A program made the position numbers and the translations under genes. Source: Flavobacterium sp. (GTDB lineage: Bacteria; Bacteroidota; Bacteroidia; Flavobacteriales; Flavobacteriaceae). Taken from it: a DNA stretch of 59,160 nucleotides. The notes below the pieces were generated by a model. That model searched no databases. It saw only the letters and a program-made list of their open reading frames with translations, and was not told the origin of the DNA. This document shows, piece after piece, positions 38,820 through 48,816 of the stretch. Within the stretch, counting starts at the first letter, position 1. Each line of letters opens with the position of its first letter. The stretch covers positions 1 to 59,160 of the forward strand of contig JAGNYR010000005.1 in assembly GCA_017984835.1 (NCBI GenBank), given 5' to 3'.

Positions 38820-39386
38820 ATGAAAAATTTTAAATTATTTGCAGTAGCTGTATTATTGACAATCGCTACAATTTCATCAGCTCAAACTAAAAAAATCAAC
38901 GCCGCAAAAAGTTCTATTGCATGGGTTGGAAAAAAAGTAACTGGATCACATGAAGGAACTATTTCTTTCAAAGAAGGAAACCTTATTTTTAAAGGTAAAA
39001 AAGTAGCAGGTGGTAATTTCACTGTTGATATGAATTCTATTACTGCAACCGACTTAAAAGCGGGTCAAGGTAAAGAAAATTTAGAAGGTCATTTAAAAGC
39101 TGACGATTTTTTTGGAACAGCAACTTTTCCAACAGCAACTTTGGTATTTAAATCTATCGGTGATAAAGGAAACGGAACGTATTCTGTAACCGCTGATTTA
39201 ACTATTAAAAATGTAACTGAATCAGTAAAATTTGATTTGGAAGTAGCAAAAAACACAGCTAAAACTTCTTTCAAAGTTGATCGTACTAAATTTGGAATCA
39301 AATATGGTTCTGGAAGCTTTTTTGATAGCTTAGGAGACAAAGCAATCAATGATGAATTTGACTTAACCATTTCATTACAGTTCTAA
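38820..39386 (+). CDS. YceI family lipid/isoprenoid-binding protein
   Basis: Signal peptide; W.GKKVTGSH.G, HLK..DFF, LTIK, DRTKFGI.YGS. Confidence 0.9.
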   Translation: MKNFKLFAVAVLLTIATISSAQTKKINAAKSSIAWVGKKVTGSHEGTISFKEGNLIFKGKKVAGGNFTVDMNSITATDLKAGQGKENLEGHLKADDFFGTATFPTATLVFKSIGDKGNGTYSVTADLTIKNVTESVKFDLEVAKNTAKTSFKVDRTKFGIKYGSGSFFDSLGDKAINDEFDLTISLQF

Positions 39387-39407
39387 TTATCAAAAAAAAT
39401 AGAAATC

Positions 39408-39438
39408 AAACCTCAGGTAAACCCTGAGGTTTTTTTTT
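39408..39438 (+). terminator. Intrinsic terminator after yceI
   Basis: AAACCTCAGG-TAAAC-CCTGAGGTTT followed by a T-run. Confidence 0.85.
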
Positions 39439-39594
39439 GATTAAAACAAATCGAATCAAAAAAAAACTTTCAAATATCTAACTACATTTCAAAAAGGATG
39501 GGTTTTATTTATTATTTAAAAATCCTACCTTGCAGCACTTGTTTTTGCGTCCCTAAACAAGCACATTACAAATTGATTTTAGCAATCCAAACCA

Positions 39595-40164
39595 ATGAAA
39601 AACATAGTTGTCATCGATAATTACGATAGTTTTACATACAACCTTGTGCACTATTTAGAACTATTGGGTTCTAAGGTGACTGTGGTAAGAAACGACGAGT
39701 TTGAATTGGAAGAACTCGAACAATTTGATAAAATAGTCCTTTCACCAGGACCCGGAATTCCTTCTGAAGCTGGTTTATTAAAAGCCGTGATTCAAAAATA
39801 CTCCGAAACAAAAAGTATTTTGGGTGTTTGCCTAGGACAACAAGCCATCGGCGAAGTATTTGGCGGAAGCCTAATCAATTTAGAAAAAGTGCACCATGGT
39901 GTTGCTGCTACCATATCACTTACCGTTTCAGACGAACTCCTTTATGAGGGACTACCTCAACAATTGGAAGTTGGGCGCTACCATTCGTGGGTTGTCTCCA
40001 AAGAAAATTTCCCAGAAGAATTAGAAATAACCTCCGAAGATGCATCCGGAAACATCATGTCGCTCAGACACAAAAGATGGGATGTGAGAGGAGTCCAATT
40101 TCACCCAGAAAGCGTACTCACTCCGCACGGTAAAAAAATAATCGAGAATTGGTTAAAAAGTTAA
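39595..40164 (+). CDS. trpG: Anthranilate/aminodeoxychorismate synthase component II (glutamine amidotransferase)
   Basis: IDNYDSFTYNL, SPGPG, GVCLG, RYHS, QFHPES. Confidence 0.9.
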   Translation: MKNIVVIDNYDSFTYNLVHYLELLGSKVTVVRNDEFELEELEQFDKIVLSPGPGIPSEAGLLKAVIQKYSETKSILGVCLGQQAIGEVFGGSLINLEKVHHGVAATISLTVSDELLYEGLPQQLEVGRYHSWVVSKENFPEELEITSEDASGNIMSLRHKRWDVRGVQFHPESVLTPHGKKIIENWLKS

Positions 40165-40377
40165 TAATCGAACTTATTTCTATTGCCTCCTTTGCTTAAT
40201 TATTCAGAAATACCTTGAACGTTCTGAAAAATAATCAGTTCTTAATTACCCATATTTTACTTTAGATAAAGTAATTCAAATATTTGAATGCTATTTACTT
40301 AAGTATATTCAATAGATATTACTTATAGTTGTTTTTTGGATCCAAAATAAAAATACAAATCTAAATTGGCTGAATAA

Positions 40378-40398
40378 TTAAACATTTGTTTAACTTTG
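40378..40398 (+). promoter_or_regulatory. TetR operator (TTAAACA-TT-TGTTTAA) overlapping -7 box TAACTTTG
   Basis: Inverted repeat at 40378-40393; TAnnTTTG at 40391-40398, 20 nt before the ATG. Confidence 0.65.
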
Positions 40399-40418
40399 CC
40401 AAGTATTCTAATTTTACT

Positions 40419-41042
40419 ATGGACAAATACAACGATAAGCAAATTGAAATCATCCAAGTTGCAGAAAAATTATTTGCTTTGGATGGGTTTGACGGAACTT
40501 CGGTGCGAGTCATTGCTGCAAATGCTCATGTGAATGTGGCCATGATATCCTATTATTTTGGTTCAAAAGAACGATTATTAGAATCCATCGTGCTGCACCG
40601 AATCAACGGGTTGCGTTTACAACTCGAAAATTTGGTTGCAGAAGACTTGTCCCCGATTGAAAAGATGGATAAAATTATCGAATATTATATCCAACAGGTA
40701 CTCTCCAACATGAGTATTCATCAAATCATTCAGAATGAAATTTCAAATAAAAAAAGAGCGTTTAATTTAACTGCTTTTACCGAAGTTAAAAAAAGTAATC
40801 TTACCTTAATTAAACACATCATCACCGAAGGACAACTTCAAGGCTTGTTCAAAGACACTGTAAATGCAGAGTTAATTGCGCCAATGATCATTGGAACTGT
40901 TATTTATTTCAACTTAAACAAAGCATTTTATATAGACCTTTTAAAGATTTCATCTGATGAAGATTATGATCATTACATGAAATCAGAATTTACCCTGCAT
41001 TTACAAAAAACAATTAAAGCCATACTCCTCCATGAAAATTAA
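40419..41042 (+). CDS. TetR/AcrR family regulator
   Basis: AEKLFA..GFDGTSVR.IA..A.VNVAMISYYFGSKE; ATG 40419 lies downstream of the promoter. Confidence 0.92.
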   Translation: MDKYNDKQIEIIQVAEKLFALDGFDGTSVRVIAANAHVNVAMISYYFGSKERLLESIVLHRINGLRLQLENLVAEDLSPIEKMDKIIEYYIQQVLSNMSIHQIIQNEISNKKRAFNLTAFTEVKKSNLTLIKHIITEGQLQGLFKDTVNAELIAPMIIGTVIYFNLNKAFYIDLLKISSDEDYDHYMKSEFTLHLQKTIKAILLHEN

Positions 41043-42345
41043 ATTTTACCTCCTTTTTTTTATAAGCTGGACCTCTTTGATGGTTGCACAAGAAAGAAAA
41101 AAACTCTCCTTAAAAGAATCGATCCAACTTGTTGTTTCCTCAAATACAAGAGCGCAATTTGCGACTACTCAATCTACTATTTCAAAATACGAACTTGACG
41201 TATTAAAAAACAACCTGTACCCTTCAATGAAGGTTTCAGGACAGTATTTACGTCTGACGAATGCCAATGTCAATTCGTCTCTATCTTCGGGAAATACATC
41301 AAACAGCACTCCGCAGGTAAGTCAATTACTGCTTGGGCAGGCTAGTGTTTCGATGCCTTTGTATAGTGGATCCAGATTAAAGAATAGCATCAAAGCATCG
41401 GAGAACATGTACCAATCGGAGTTAGCCAAAGCTCAATTCGTACAAGAAGAACTATCCATAGAAGTCATAGAATTGTATGCAGCCTTGTACAAATCGCAAG
41501 AAATGGCTAAATTATACGAAGAAAACAAGAAAACAGCCCACCAACGCACAACCGATTTTGCAGCTATGGTAGACAATGGTTTGTTGGCAAAAAATGATTT
41601 ATTAAAAGCACAACTCCAAGAGGCCAATGTCGAATTGATGCATGCTAATACCCTCAAAAACATCTCAATATTCAACTATGAATTGACTTTGTTATTAGGC
41701 TTTTCGGAAAACACCCTCATTGAGTTTGACATTGAAAGCATGAAGAAAGAACTTGCTTTAAGCCAAACAATGAAATTAGAAGCCAATCGGTTCGATCTTT
41801 TGGCGGCACAATCTCAAGAAAAGGCAGCACAAACGGGAATAAAAATAGCCAAAGGAAACTACTACCCAACTTTAACCTTGATGGGAGGTTACATTGCTTT
41901 TGATTTAAAGGATGTCATAACCGTAAATAATGCAGTCAATTTGGGTGTTGGTTTTTCTTATGATATCGCTTCACTTTTCAAAAATGGAAAAGAGGTTAAA
42001 TTAGCGAAGGCCAAGGCAGCATTAGCACAAAAAGCGACTACTCTTTTGGAAGAACACATTAAAAGTGAAATTCACAAAGCGACAGAAAATTATCAGTATG
42101 CTTTAAAACAAAGTGTCGTTTATCAAAAATCGCTCGAACAATCCATTGAAAATTACAGAATAGTAAAAGATAAATACGATAACACACTTGCAAGCACAAC
42201 CGAATTACTTGAAGCAGACGACCAACAATTACAGAGCAAGATCAACTTTTCTTTATCGCAAGCTGAAGTTGCCTTAAAATACTATCAACTTCAATTTGCT
42301 GAAGGAAAACTTACCCAATCATTTAATATAAACACATCCAAATAA
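41032..42345 (+). CDS. TolC family outer-membrane efflux protein
   Basis: Signal peptide, repeated helical OEP halves, YYPTL; operon context. Confidence 0.88.
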   Translation: MKIKFYLLFFISWTSLMVAQERKKLSLKESIQLVVSSNTRAQFATTQSTISKYELDVLKNNLYPSMKVSGQYLRLTNANVNSSLSSGNTSNSTPQVSQLLLGQASVSMPLYSGSRLKNSIKASENMYQSELAKAQFVQEELSIEVIELYAALYKSQEMAKLYEENKKTAHQRTTDFAAMVDNGLLAKNDLLKAQLQEANVELMHANTLKNISIFNYELTLLLGFSENTLIEFDIESMKKELALSQTMKLEANRFDLLAAQSQEKAAQTGIKIAKGNYYPTLTLMGGYIAFDLKDVITVNNAVNLGVGFSYDIASLFKNGKEVKLAKAKAALAQKATTLLEEHIKSEIHKATENYQYALKQSVVYQKSLEQSIENYRIVKDKYDNTLASTTELLEADDQQLQSKINFSLSQAEVALKYYQLQFAEGKLTQSFNINTSK

Positions 42346-42351
42346 CCTACC

Positions 42352-43431
42352 ATGAAAGAAGAAAAGAAAAGCAATAAGTTCATCATTATCTTTAGTGCCT
42401 TATTTATTTTAGGGATTGTCTATGGAAGTTACAAATACATTCATGCACAATCACACGAAACGACTGATGATGCACAAATAGAAAAAAACATCCACCCGAT
42501 TATTTCAAGAGTGGCAGGTTTTATCACCAAAGTATATGTAAAAGACAATGATTTTGTAAAAAAAGGAGATACCCTTTTCACTATCGATAACAGAGACTTT
42601 TTGGTAAAATTAGAAGAAGCAGAAGCTAATTTAATCGCTGCCGAAAGCAATTTAGCAGTTTCAAAAGCAGATGTAAACACTGCGCAAGAAAATGTATATG
42701 TATCCAATGCCAACGTACAATCGGCTAGCAGCACAATTGAAACAGCTCAAATTAAATTAACAAGAGCCACCAATGACTTTGAACGATACAGTAATTTGTA
42801 CAAAAACAAAAGCATTACCAAACAACAGTTTGAGCAAGCAGAAGCAGCAAAATTAGAAGCACAAAGCCAACTTAAAGTACTGAAAGAACAGCAAAACGCA
42901 AGTCGTTTCCAAAAAAATGTAGCGGCTTCACGTTCAGAAGTAACGTCCAAACAAACCGATGTGGCTGCTGCCAATATCAAAAGAGCCAGATCAATGGTTG
43001 CGGCTGCAAAACTGAATTTAGAATACACCACAATCATAGCTTCAACTGATGGACAAGTTTCTAAAATTGCCGTTCAGCCCGGACAATTCATCCAAGCAGG
43101 CCAATCGCTTTTCTATTTAATCAATAATTCAGAAGCATGGGTTATTGCTAACTTCAAAGAAACGCAATTGAACAAAATGGTGGTTGGACAAAAAGTAATA
43201 GTAAAAGTAGACGCCTATCCAGACACAGAATTTGAAGGGACTATCGCTTCATTTTCTCCAGCCACAGGAGCTAAATTTTCCATTCTACCTCCCGATAATG
43301 CAACCGGTAATTTTGTAAAAACCATCCAACGACTTCCTGTGAAAATTGCATTAAACGCTTCCAATGATCCAGAAAAAATTAAACTTCTTAGACCCGGCAT
43401 GAATGTCGATGTTGATGTCCTATTAAAATAA
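42352..43431 (+). CDS. emrA: EmrA/HlyD family periplasmic adaptor
   Basis: TTDDAQI, ANFKETQL, PPDNATGNFVK..QRLPV, LRPGM. Confidence 0.88.
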   Translation: MKEEKKSNKFIIIFSALFILGIVYGSYKYIHAQSHETTDDAQIEKNIHPIISRVAGFITKVYVKDNDFVKKGDTLFTIDNRDFLVKLEEAEANLIAAESNLAVSKADVNTAQENVYVSNANVQSASSTIETAQIKLTRATNDFERYSNLYKNKSITKQQFEQAEAAKLEAQSQLKVLKEQQNASRFQKNVAASRSEVTSKQTDVAAANIKRARSMVAAAKLNLEYTTIIASTDGQVSKIAVQPGQFIQAGQSLFYLINNSEAWVIANFKETQLNKMVVGQKVIVKVDAYPDTEFEGTIASFSPATGAKFSILPPDNATGNFVKTIQRLPVKIALNASNDPEKIKLLRPGMNVDVDVLLK

Positions 43432-43452
43432 CAACCTTTTTTCAATTTGATA

Positions 43453-45033
43453 ATGGTAAAAGCAGAAGATGATTTAGTAGAATATGGCTTTAGAAGAGTT
43501 ATCATTACGATTACGGCAGTACTTTGTGCTTTGTTGGAAATTGTGGATGTAACGATTGTAAATGTGGCATTAACCAATATGCGAGGAAGTCTTGGTGCTT
43601 CATTAACCGATATCGCATGGGTAATTACCGCATATGCAATCGCTAATGTGATCATTATTCCTATGACCAGCTGGTTGTCGCAACAATTTGGCAGAAGAAA
43701 TTACTTTGCCGTTTCGATCATCCTTTTTACTTTCTCCTCCTTTATGTGTGGGAACTCATCAAACATTTGGGAACTGGTTATTTTTCGTTTCATACAAGGT
43801 TTGGGCGGAGGTGCGTTATTAGTAACAGCACAAACCATCATTACCGAAAGCTATCCGGTGGCTAAAAGAGGAATGGCGCAAGCCATTTACGGAATGGGAG
43901 TTATTGTGGGGCCGACTTTAGGGCCGCCTCTTGGCGGATATATTGTCGATCATTATTCGTGGCCTTATATTTTTTACATAAATATTCCTATCGGAATCAT
44001 CGCCACCCTACTTACACTCTCTTTTGTTAAAAGCCCAAAATATGGAGACAAACTCAAATCCAATCAAGTGGATTGGTGGGGAATTGTCTTTTTAACCTCC
44101 TTCATTGGATCGTTACAATATGTTCTAGAACACGGGCAACAAGACGATTGGTTCAACGATAAAGGCATACTCACTTTAACTTGTATTTCCTTCATTGGCT
44201 TATTGCTCTTTATTTGGAGAGAGAACACCTACAAACATCCCATTGTTAATTTAGGTGTACTTAAAGACGGCAACCTCCGAATTGGTATTTTGATGAGTTT
44301 TATTTTAGGATTTGGACTCTACGGATCTACGCTCATCATTCCGATTTACACACAAGCAATCCTAGGATGGACCGCCACAGATGCAGGACTCTTATTGATT
44401 CCCGGATCCATCACTACTGCCTTGATGATGCCTTTTATTGGAAAAATGATTCAGCGAGGAGTTCCGCAAGGCTATATGGTTGCCTTGGGATTTCTAGTCT
44501 TCTTTTTCTTTACTTTTATCATGCGTAATAAAATGACTCCCGATACCGGAACCGAACATTTTTATTGGGCATTGATCCTAAGAGGTGTCGGATTAGGTTT
44601 GCTTTTTGTTCCGATAACTACCCTTTCATTGTCTACATTGAAAGGCAAACAAATTGGAGAAGGCGCTGCTTTTACAGGCATGCTACGTCAATTGGGTGGG
44701 TCATTCGGAATTGCAATCATCACCACTTTTATCACGCGATTTGGACAACAACACCGTGTGGGTTTATTAACCCATTACGATGCAAGTAGAGCCGAAATTC
44801 AACAACGAATCGTCCAACTCCAACAAGGATTCCAAGCCAAAGGTTTTACTCCCAACGAATCGTTACAAAAAGCCTATCAAGTTCTTGATTTTAGTATTAC
44901 AAAGCAAAGTACCGTGATGTCGTATATGGATATTTTTATGTACTTGGGCATACTATTTTTGTGCTGTATTCCCATCGTTTTTTTAATTAAACGCGGAAAA
45001 AACAAAGTAAAGCTGGAAGAGGCCATGCACTAA
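43453..45033 (+). CDS. emrB: DHA2 (EmrB/QacA) MFS efflux permease
   Basis: D.TIVNVAL, W..TAY, FRFIQGLGGG, GPTLGP..GG, W..IFYINIPIG, RQLGGSFG. Confidence 0.9.
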   Translation: MVKAEDDLVEYGFRRVIITITAVLCALLEIVDVTIVNVALTNMRGSLGASLTDIAWVITAYAIANVIIIPMTSWLSQQFGRRNYFAVSIILFTFSSFMCGNSSNIWELVIFRFIQGLGGGALLVTAQTIITESYPVAKRGMAQAIYGMGVIVGPTLGPPLGGYIVDHYSWPYIFYINIPIGIIATLLTLSFVKSPKYGDKLKSNQVDWWGIVFLTSFIGSLQYVLEHGQQDDWFNDKGILTLTCISFIGLLLFIWRENTYKHPIVNLGVLKDGNLRIGILMSFILGFGLYGSTLIIPIYTQAILGWTATDAGLLLIPGSITTALMMPFIGKMIQRGVPQGYMVALGFLVFFFFTFIMRNKMTPDTGTEHFYWALILRGVGLGLLFVPITTLSLSTLKGKQIGEGAAFTGMLRQLGGSFGIAIITTFITRFGQQHRVGLLTHYDASRAEIQQRIVQLQQGFQAKGFTPNESLQKAYQVLDFSITKQSTVMSYMDIFMYLGILFLCCIPIVFLIKRGKNKVKLEEAMH

Positions 45034-45073
45034 AATGTAATACAACGAATTTTGACTTCTTTTTTGGAAGAAA

Positions 45074-45835
45074 TTATCTAGTAAAAACCAATTGAGTAGA
45101 CGTACTCAAATTTGCATCAAATGCGTATCCTTCGTAGTTGAATGCTTTGAGGTCATCGATGGTTGCAGCGTTTGTGTCTAAAATAAATCGAACCATTAAT
45201 CCGCGTGCTTTTTTAGCAAAAAAACTAATCATTTTAAGCTTCCCGTCTTTATAGTCTTTAAATAAGGGGGTTACCACTGAAGCTTTTAGTTTTTTGAAAT
45301 CTACAGCAGAAAAATATTCTGAACTAGCTAAATTCAGCACGAATTCCTCTCCGATTAGTTCATCATTCAATGCTTTTGTGAGGGTTGGTTTCCAAAATTC
45401 ATAGAGGTTTTTTTTAGTTCCAATAGGAAGTTTGGTACCCATTTCCAATCGATAAGGCTGAATCAAATCTAGGGGCTTCAACAGACCGTACAAACCAGAT
45501 AAAATGCGAAGTTTTGATTGCAAATCTGATATTTGATCCTCTTGTAAACTATAAGCATCCAAACCAACATAGACTTCCCCACTAAAAGCAAAAACGGCTT
45601 GTCGCGCATTTGACTCACTCAAATCCAGTAGATTTCGTTCTTGATTGCGTTGCCAATTAAGCTCTGCTAGATTTTCCGAAATATCCATCAGCTGCATTAA
45701 TTTTTTGGGCTTTTGTTTTTTCAAAACCTTATCAATTGCAATCGACTGTTTTAAAAACGAATAGCTGGAATACTGTGTTGTTGGCAATTGGCTTTCAAAA
45801 TCTAAAGATTTCGCAGGAGAAAGTAGGATTTTCAT
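45074..45835 (-). CDS. yaaA: Peroxide stress protein YaaA
   Basis: SPAKSL, LSGLYGLL.P.D.IQPYRLEMG, NLAS.EY, AKKARG; ATG at 45835. Confidence 0.92.
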   Translation of the reverse strand: MKILLSPAKSLDFESQLPTTQYSSYSFLKQSIAIDKVLKKQKPKKLMQLMDISENLAELNWQRNQERNLLDLSESNARQAVFAFSGEVYVGLDAYSLQEDQISDLQSKLRILSGLYGLLKPLDLIQPYRLEMGTKLPIGTKKNLYEFWKPTLTKALNDELIGEEFVLNLASSEYFSAVDFKKLKASVVTPLFKDYKDGKLKMISFFAKKARGLMVRFILDTNAATIDDLKAFNYEGYAFDANLSTSTQLVFTR

Positions 45836-46048
45836 GTGTTTAATTAGTCTATAAACGATTAGATGATTGCTTATGATTTCAAAATTACAAATTCCGATTG
45901 ACCTAGCAATGTATTTCAAAAATTTATGCCCTTCTCAAACTATATAATTGAATCACCCAACTGCTATTCTGTCTGAAAATCAGCCGAATTGGCATCCAAT
46001 AAGAATGTAAACAGCTAATTAACAGACATTTTGGCTCACTTTTTAGAT

Positions 46049-46063
46049 TGGAACACAAATTGA
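46049..46063 (+). promoter_or_regulatory. Possible sigma54-type -24/-12 promoter for clpB
   Basis: TGGAAC-ACAAA-TTGA versus consensus TGGCAC-N5-TTGC; GG-N10 spacing is correct. Confidence 0.4.
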
Positions 46064-46117
46064 CGAACTTAATAGAAGCCTTTCCTTTCATGTCTAATTT
46101 TAAAATGAATACTGAAA

Positions 46118-48754
46118 ATGAATTTAAATAATTTAACCATAAAATCGCAAGAAGCGATACAACAAGCACAAGCCATTGCGCAAAGTTATGGCCACCAACA
46201 ATTAGAAAACGAACATATTTTTAAAGCATTATTGGAGGTCGATGAAAATGTAACGCCGTTTCTATTAAAAAAAATAGGAATCAACCTACCCCTTTTTCAA
46301 AAGTTATTAGATAGCACTTTGGAAAGTTTTCCGAAAGTAAGTGGCGCTGAAATAATGCTCTCTCGAGATGCAAACACCATGCTTTTAGAAGCAGGCAACC
46401 TAGCAAAAAAGAACAACGACGAATACATCACTGTGGAGCATTTGGTAGAAGCTATTTTCAAATCAAAAAGCAAGGTAGCCCAAATTTTAAAAGACCAAGG
46501 TGCCACCGAAAAAGCTTTGAAAAGCGCTATTGAAGAAATCAGAAAAGGAGAAAGAGTTACCTCATCTTCTGCAGAAGACACTTACAACGCCCTAAACAAA
46601 TATGCGAAAAACCTCAATGAACTAGCAAAAACAGGGAAACTTGATCCTGTGATTGGTAGAGATGAAGAAATTCGTAGAGTATTGCAAATTTTAACCCGTA
46701 GAACAAAAAACAACCCAATGCTCGTGGGAGAACCCGGTGTGGGTAAAACAGCTATTGCAGAGGGGCTTGCACACCGAATTGTAGATGGAGATGTCCCAGA
46801 AAACTTGAAAAACAAAATCGTCTTTTCTTTAGACATGGGCGCCCTAATTGCAGGAGCTAAATACAAAGGAGAATTTGAAGAACGACTCAAGTCGGTTGTA
46901 AAAGAAGTGACAGCAGCTGAAGGAGATATTGTCTTGTTTATCGACGAAATTCATACCCTTGTGGGTGCTGGAGGTGGAGAAGGCGCTATGGATGCTGCCA
47001 ATATTCTAAAACCTGCTTTGGCTCGAGGTGAGTTAAGAGCCATCGGAGCCACTACATTAGACGAATATCAAAAATATTTCGAGAAAGACAAAGCCTTGGA
47101 ACGAAGGTTCCAAAAAGTAATTGTTGACGAACCCGATACCGAAAGTGCCATTTCCATCTTGAGAGGAATCAAAGGAAGCTATGAAAGCCATCACCAAGTA
47201 AGAATAAAAGATGATGCAATAATAGCAGCCGTTGAATTGTCGCAACGCTATATCACTAATCGTTTTTTACCTGATAAAGCGATTGATTTAATGGATGAAG
47301 CTGCTTCTAAATTAAGAATGGAAATCAATTCAAAGCCAGAAGAATTAGACGTTTTGGATCGAAAAATCATGCAATTGGAAATTGAAATTGAAGCCATTAA
47401 ACGTGAAATAGAATTTACGCCCAATACATCCGAAAAACAAAACCAAGCAAGGCAAAATGATCAAACAAAATTGAAATCACTCGGTTTGGATATTGCAAAT
47501 TTAAAAGAAGAGCGAAATGAAATTTATACCAAATGGAAATCTGAAAAAGACATTGTCGATGCCATACAAAATGAAAAAAATGATTTAGAGCAGTTTAAAA
47601 TTGAAGCAGAGCGTGCAGAACGAGAAGGTGATTATGGTAAAGTAGCAGAAATTCGATACGGAAAAAGTAAAGAATCTGAAGAAAGACTCGATGCGTTGCA
47701 AAAACAACTCGCCGAGAACCAATCGGAACACTCACTCATAAAAGAGGAAGTTACACGAGAAGACATTGCTGAAGTGGTGGCAAAATGGACCGGAATTCCA
47801 GTCATGAAGATGTTACAAGGAGAACGTGAAAAATTACTGTCTCTAGAACTTGAACTTCACCACAGAGTAGTCGGACAAGAAGAAGCCATTGCTGCGGTAA
47901 GTGATGCCGTGAGAAGAAGTCGCGCGGGACTTCAAGACATGAAGAAACCGATTGGAAGCTTCTTATTTCTCGGTACAACGGGAGTGGGAAAAACAGAATT
48001 AGCCAAAGCATTAGCGGAATATCTTTTTGATGATGAAAATGCGATGACCCGAATTGACATGAGTGAATACCAAGAGCGTCATAGCGTGAGCCGCTTAGTA
48101 GGTGCGCCTCCGGGATATGTTGGATATGACGAAGGGGGGCAACTTACCGAAGCTGTGAGAAGAAAACCCTATTCTGTCATACTGTTGGATGAAATTGAAA
48201 AAGCACATCCAGATACATTTAATATTTTATTGCAGGTTTTGGATGAAGGACGATTGACAGATAATAAAGGTCGGGTTGCCGACTTTAAAAACACCCTCAT
48301 CATCATGACCTCCAATATGGGAAGTGAAATCATTCAAGAAAAATTTGACACCTTCAAAGGAAGTATTGATGTCGTTACAGAAGCGGCAAAAACCGAAGTT
48401 TTGGGATTGTTAAAACAAACTGTGAGACCCGAATTCATCAACCGAATAGATGAAATTGTGATGTTTACTCCTTTGACAAAATCAAACATTAAAGAGATTG
48501 TAGGTCTTCAATTGAAAGGCGTTGCCAAAATGCTTGCGCACCAAAACATTACTTTGGATTCAACTCCTGAGGCAATTGACTATTTAGCAGAAAAAGGGTA
48601 CGATCCTCATTATGGTGCGAGACCCGTAAAACGTGTCATCCAAAAAGAGGTTTTGAATGAATTGTCAAAAGAAATCCTGGCAGGAAAAGTTACAATTGAC
48701 AGCCTCATTTTACTGGATAGTTTTGATGGAAAACTGATCTTTAGAAATCAATAA
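46118..48754 (+). CDS. clpB: ATP-dependent chaperone ClpB
   Basis: Two AAA+ domains ([16 protein letters not shown]), KYKGEFEER, middle coiled-coil, [13 protein letters not shown]. Confidence 0.97.
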   Translation: MNLNNLTIKSQEAIQQAQAIAQSYGHQQLENEHIFKALLEVDENVTPFLLKKIGINLPLFQKLLDSTLESFPKVSGAEIMLSRDANTMLLEAGNLAKKNNDEYITVEHLVEAIFKSKSKVAQILKDQGATEKALKSAIEEIRKGERVTSSSAEDTYNALNKYAKNLNELAKTGKLDPVIGRDEEIRRVLQILTRRTKNNPMLVGEPGVGKTAIAEGLAHRIVDGDVPENLKNKIVFSLDMGALIAGAKYKGEFEERLKSVVKEVTAAEGDIVLFIDEIHTLVGAGGGEGAMDAANILKPALARGELRAIGATTLDEYQKYFEKDKALERRFQKVIVDEPDTESAISILRGIKGSYESHHQVRIKDDAIIAAVELSQRYITNRFLPDKAIDLMDEAASKLRMEINSKPEELDVLDRKIMQLEIEIEAIKREIEFTPNTSEKQNQARQNDQTKLKSLGLDIANLKEERNEIYTKWKSEKDIVDAIQNEKNDLEQFKIEAERAEREGDYGKVAEIRYGKSKESEERLDALQKQLAENQSEHSLIKEEVTREDIAEVVAKWTGIPVMKMLQGEREKLLSLELELHHRVVGQEEAIAAVSDAVRRSRAGLQDMKKPIGSFLFLGTTGVGKTELAKALAEYLFDDENAMTRIDMSEYQERHSVSRLVGAPPGYVGYDEGGQLTEAVRRKPYSVILLDEIEKAHPDTFNILLQVLDEGRLTDNKGRVADFKNTLIIMTSNMGSEIIQEKFDTFKGSIDVVTEAAKTEVLGLLKQTVRPEFINRIDEIVMFTPLTKSNIKEIVGLQLKGVAKMLAHQNITLDSTPEAIDYLAEKGYDPHYGARPVKRVIQKEVLNELSKEILAGKVTIDSLILLDSFDGKLIFRNQ

Positions 48755-48763
48755 TATCAATAC

Positions 48764-48793
48764 AAAAAAAAGAGGGGCTACAAAAGCCCCTCT
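48764..48793. terminator. Terminator between convergent clpB and M1 peptidase
   Basis: AGAGGGGCT-ACAAA-AGCCCCTCT with an A-run (U-tail on minus strand). Confidence 0.78.
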
Positions 48794-48816
48794 CCTATTT
48801 TATAAATAAATGCGTC

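Noticed and set aside
40419-45033. TetR-TolC-EmrAB as an acquired resistance element
   Set aside because: It is an ordinary chromosomal tripartite efflux operon with no mobility genes or obvious compositional anomaly.
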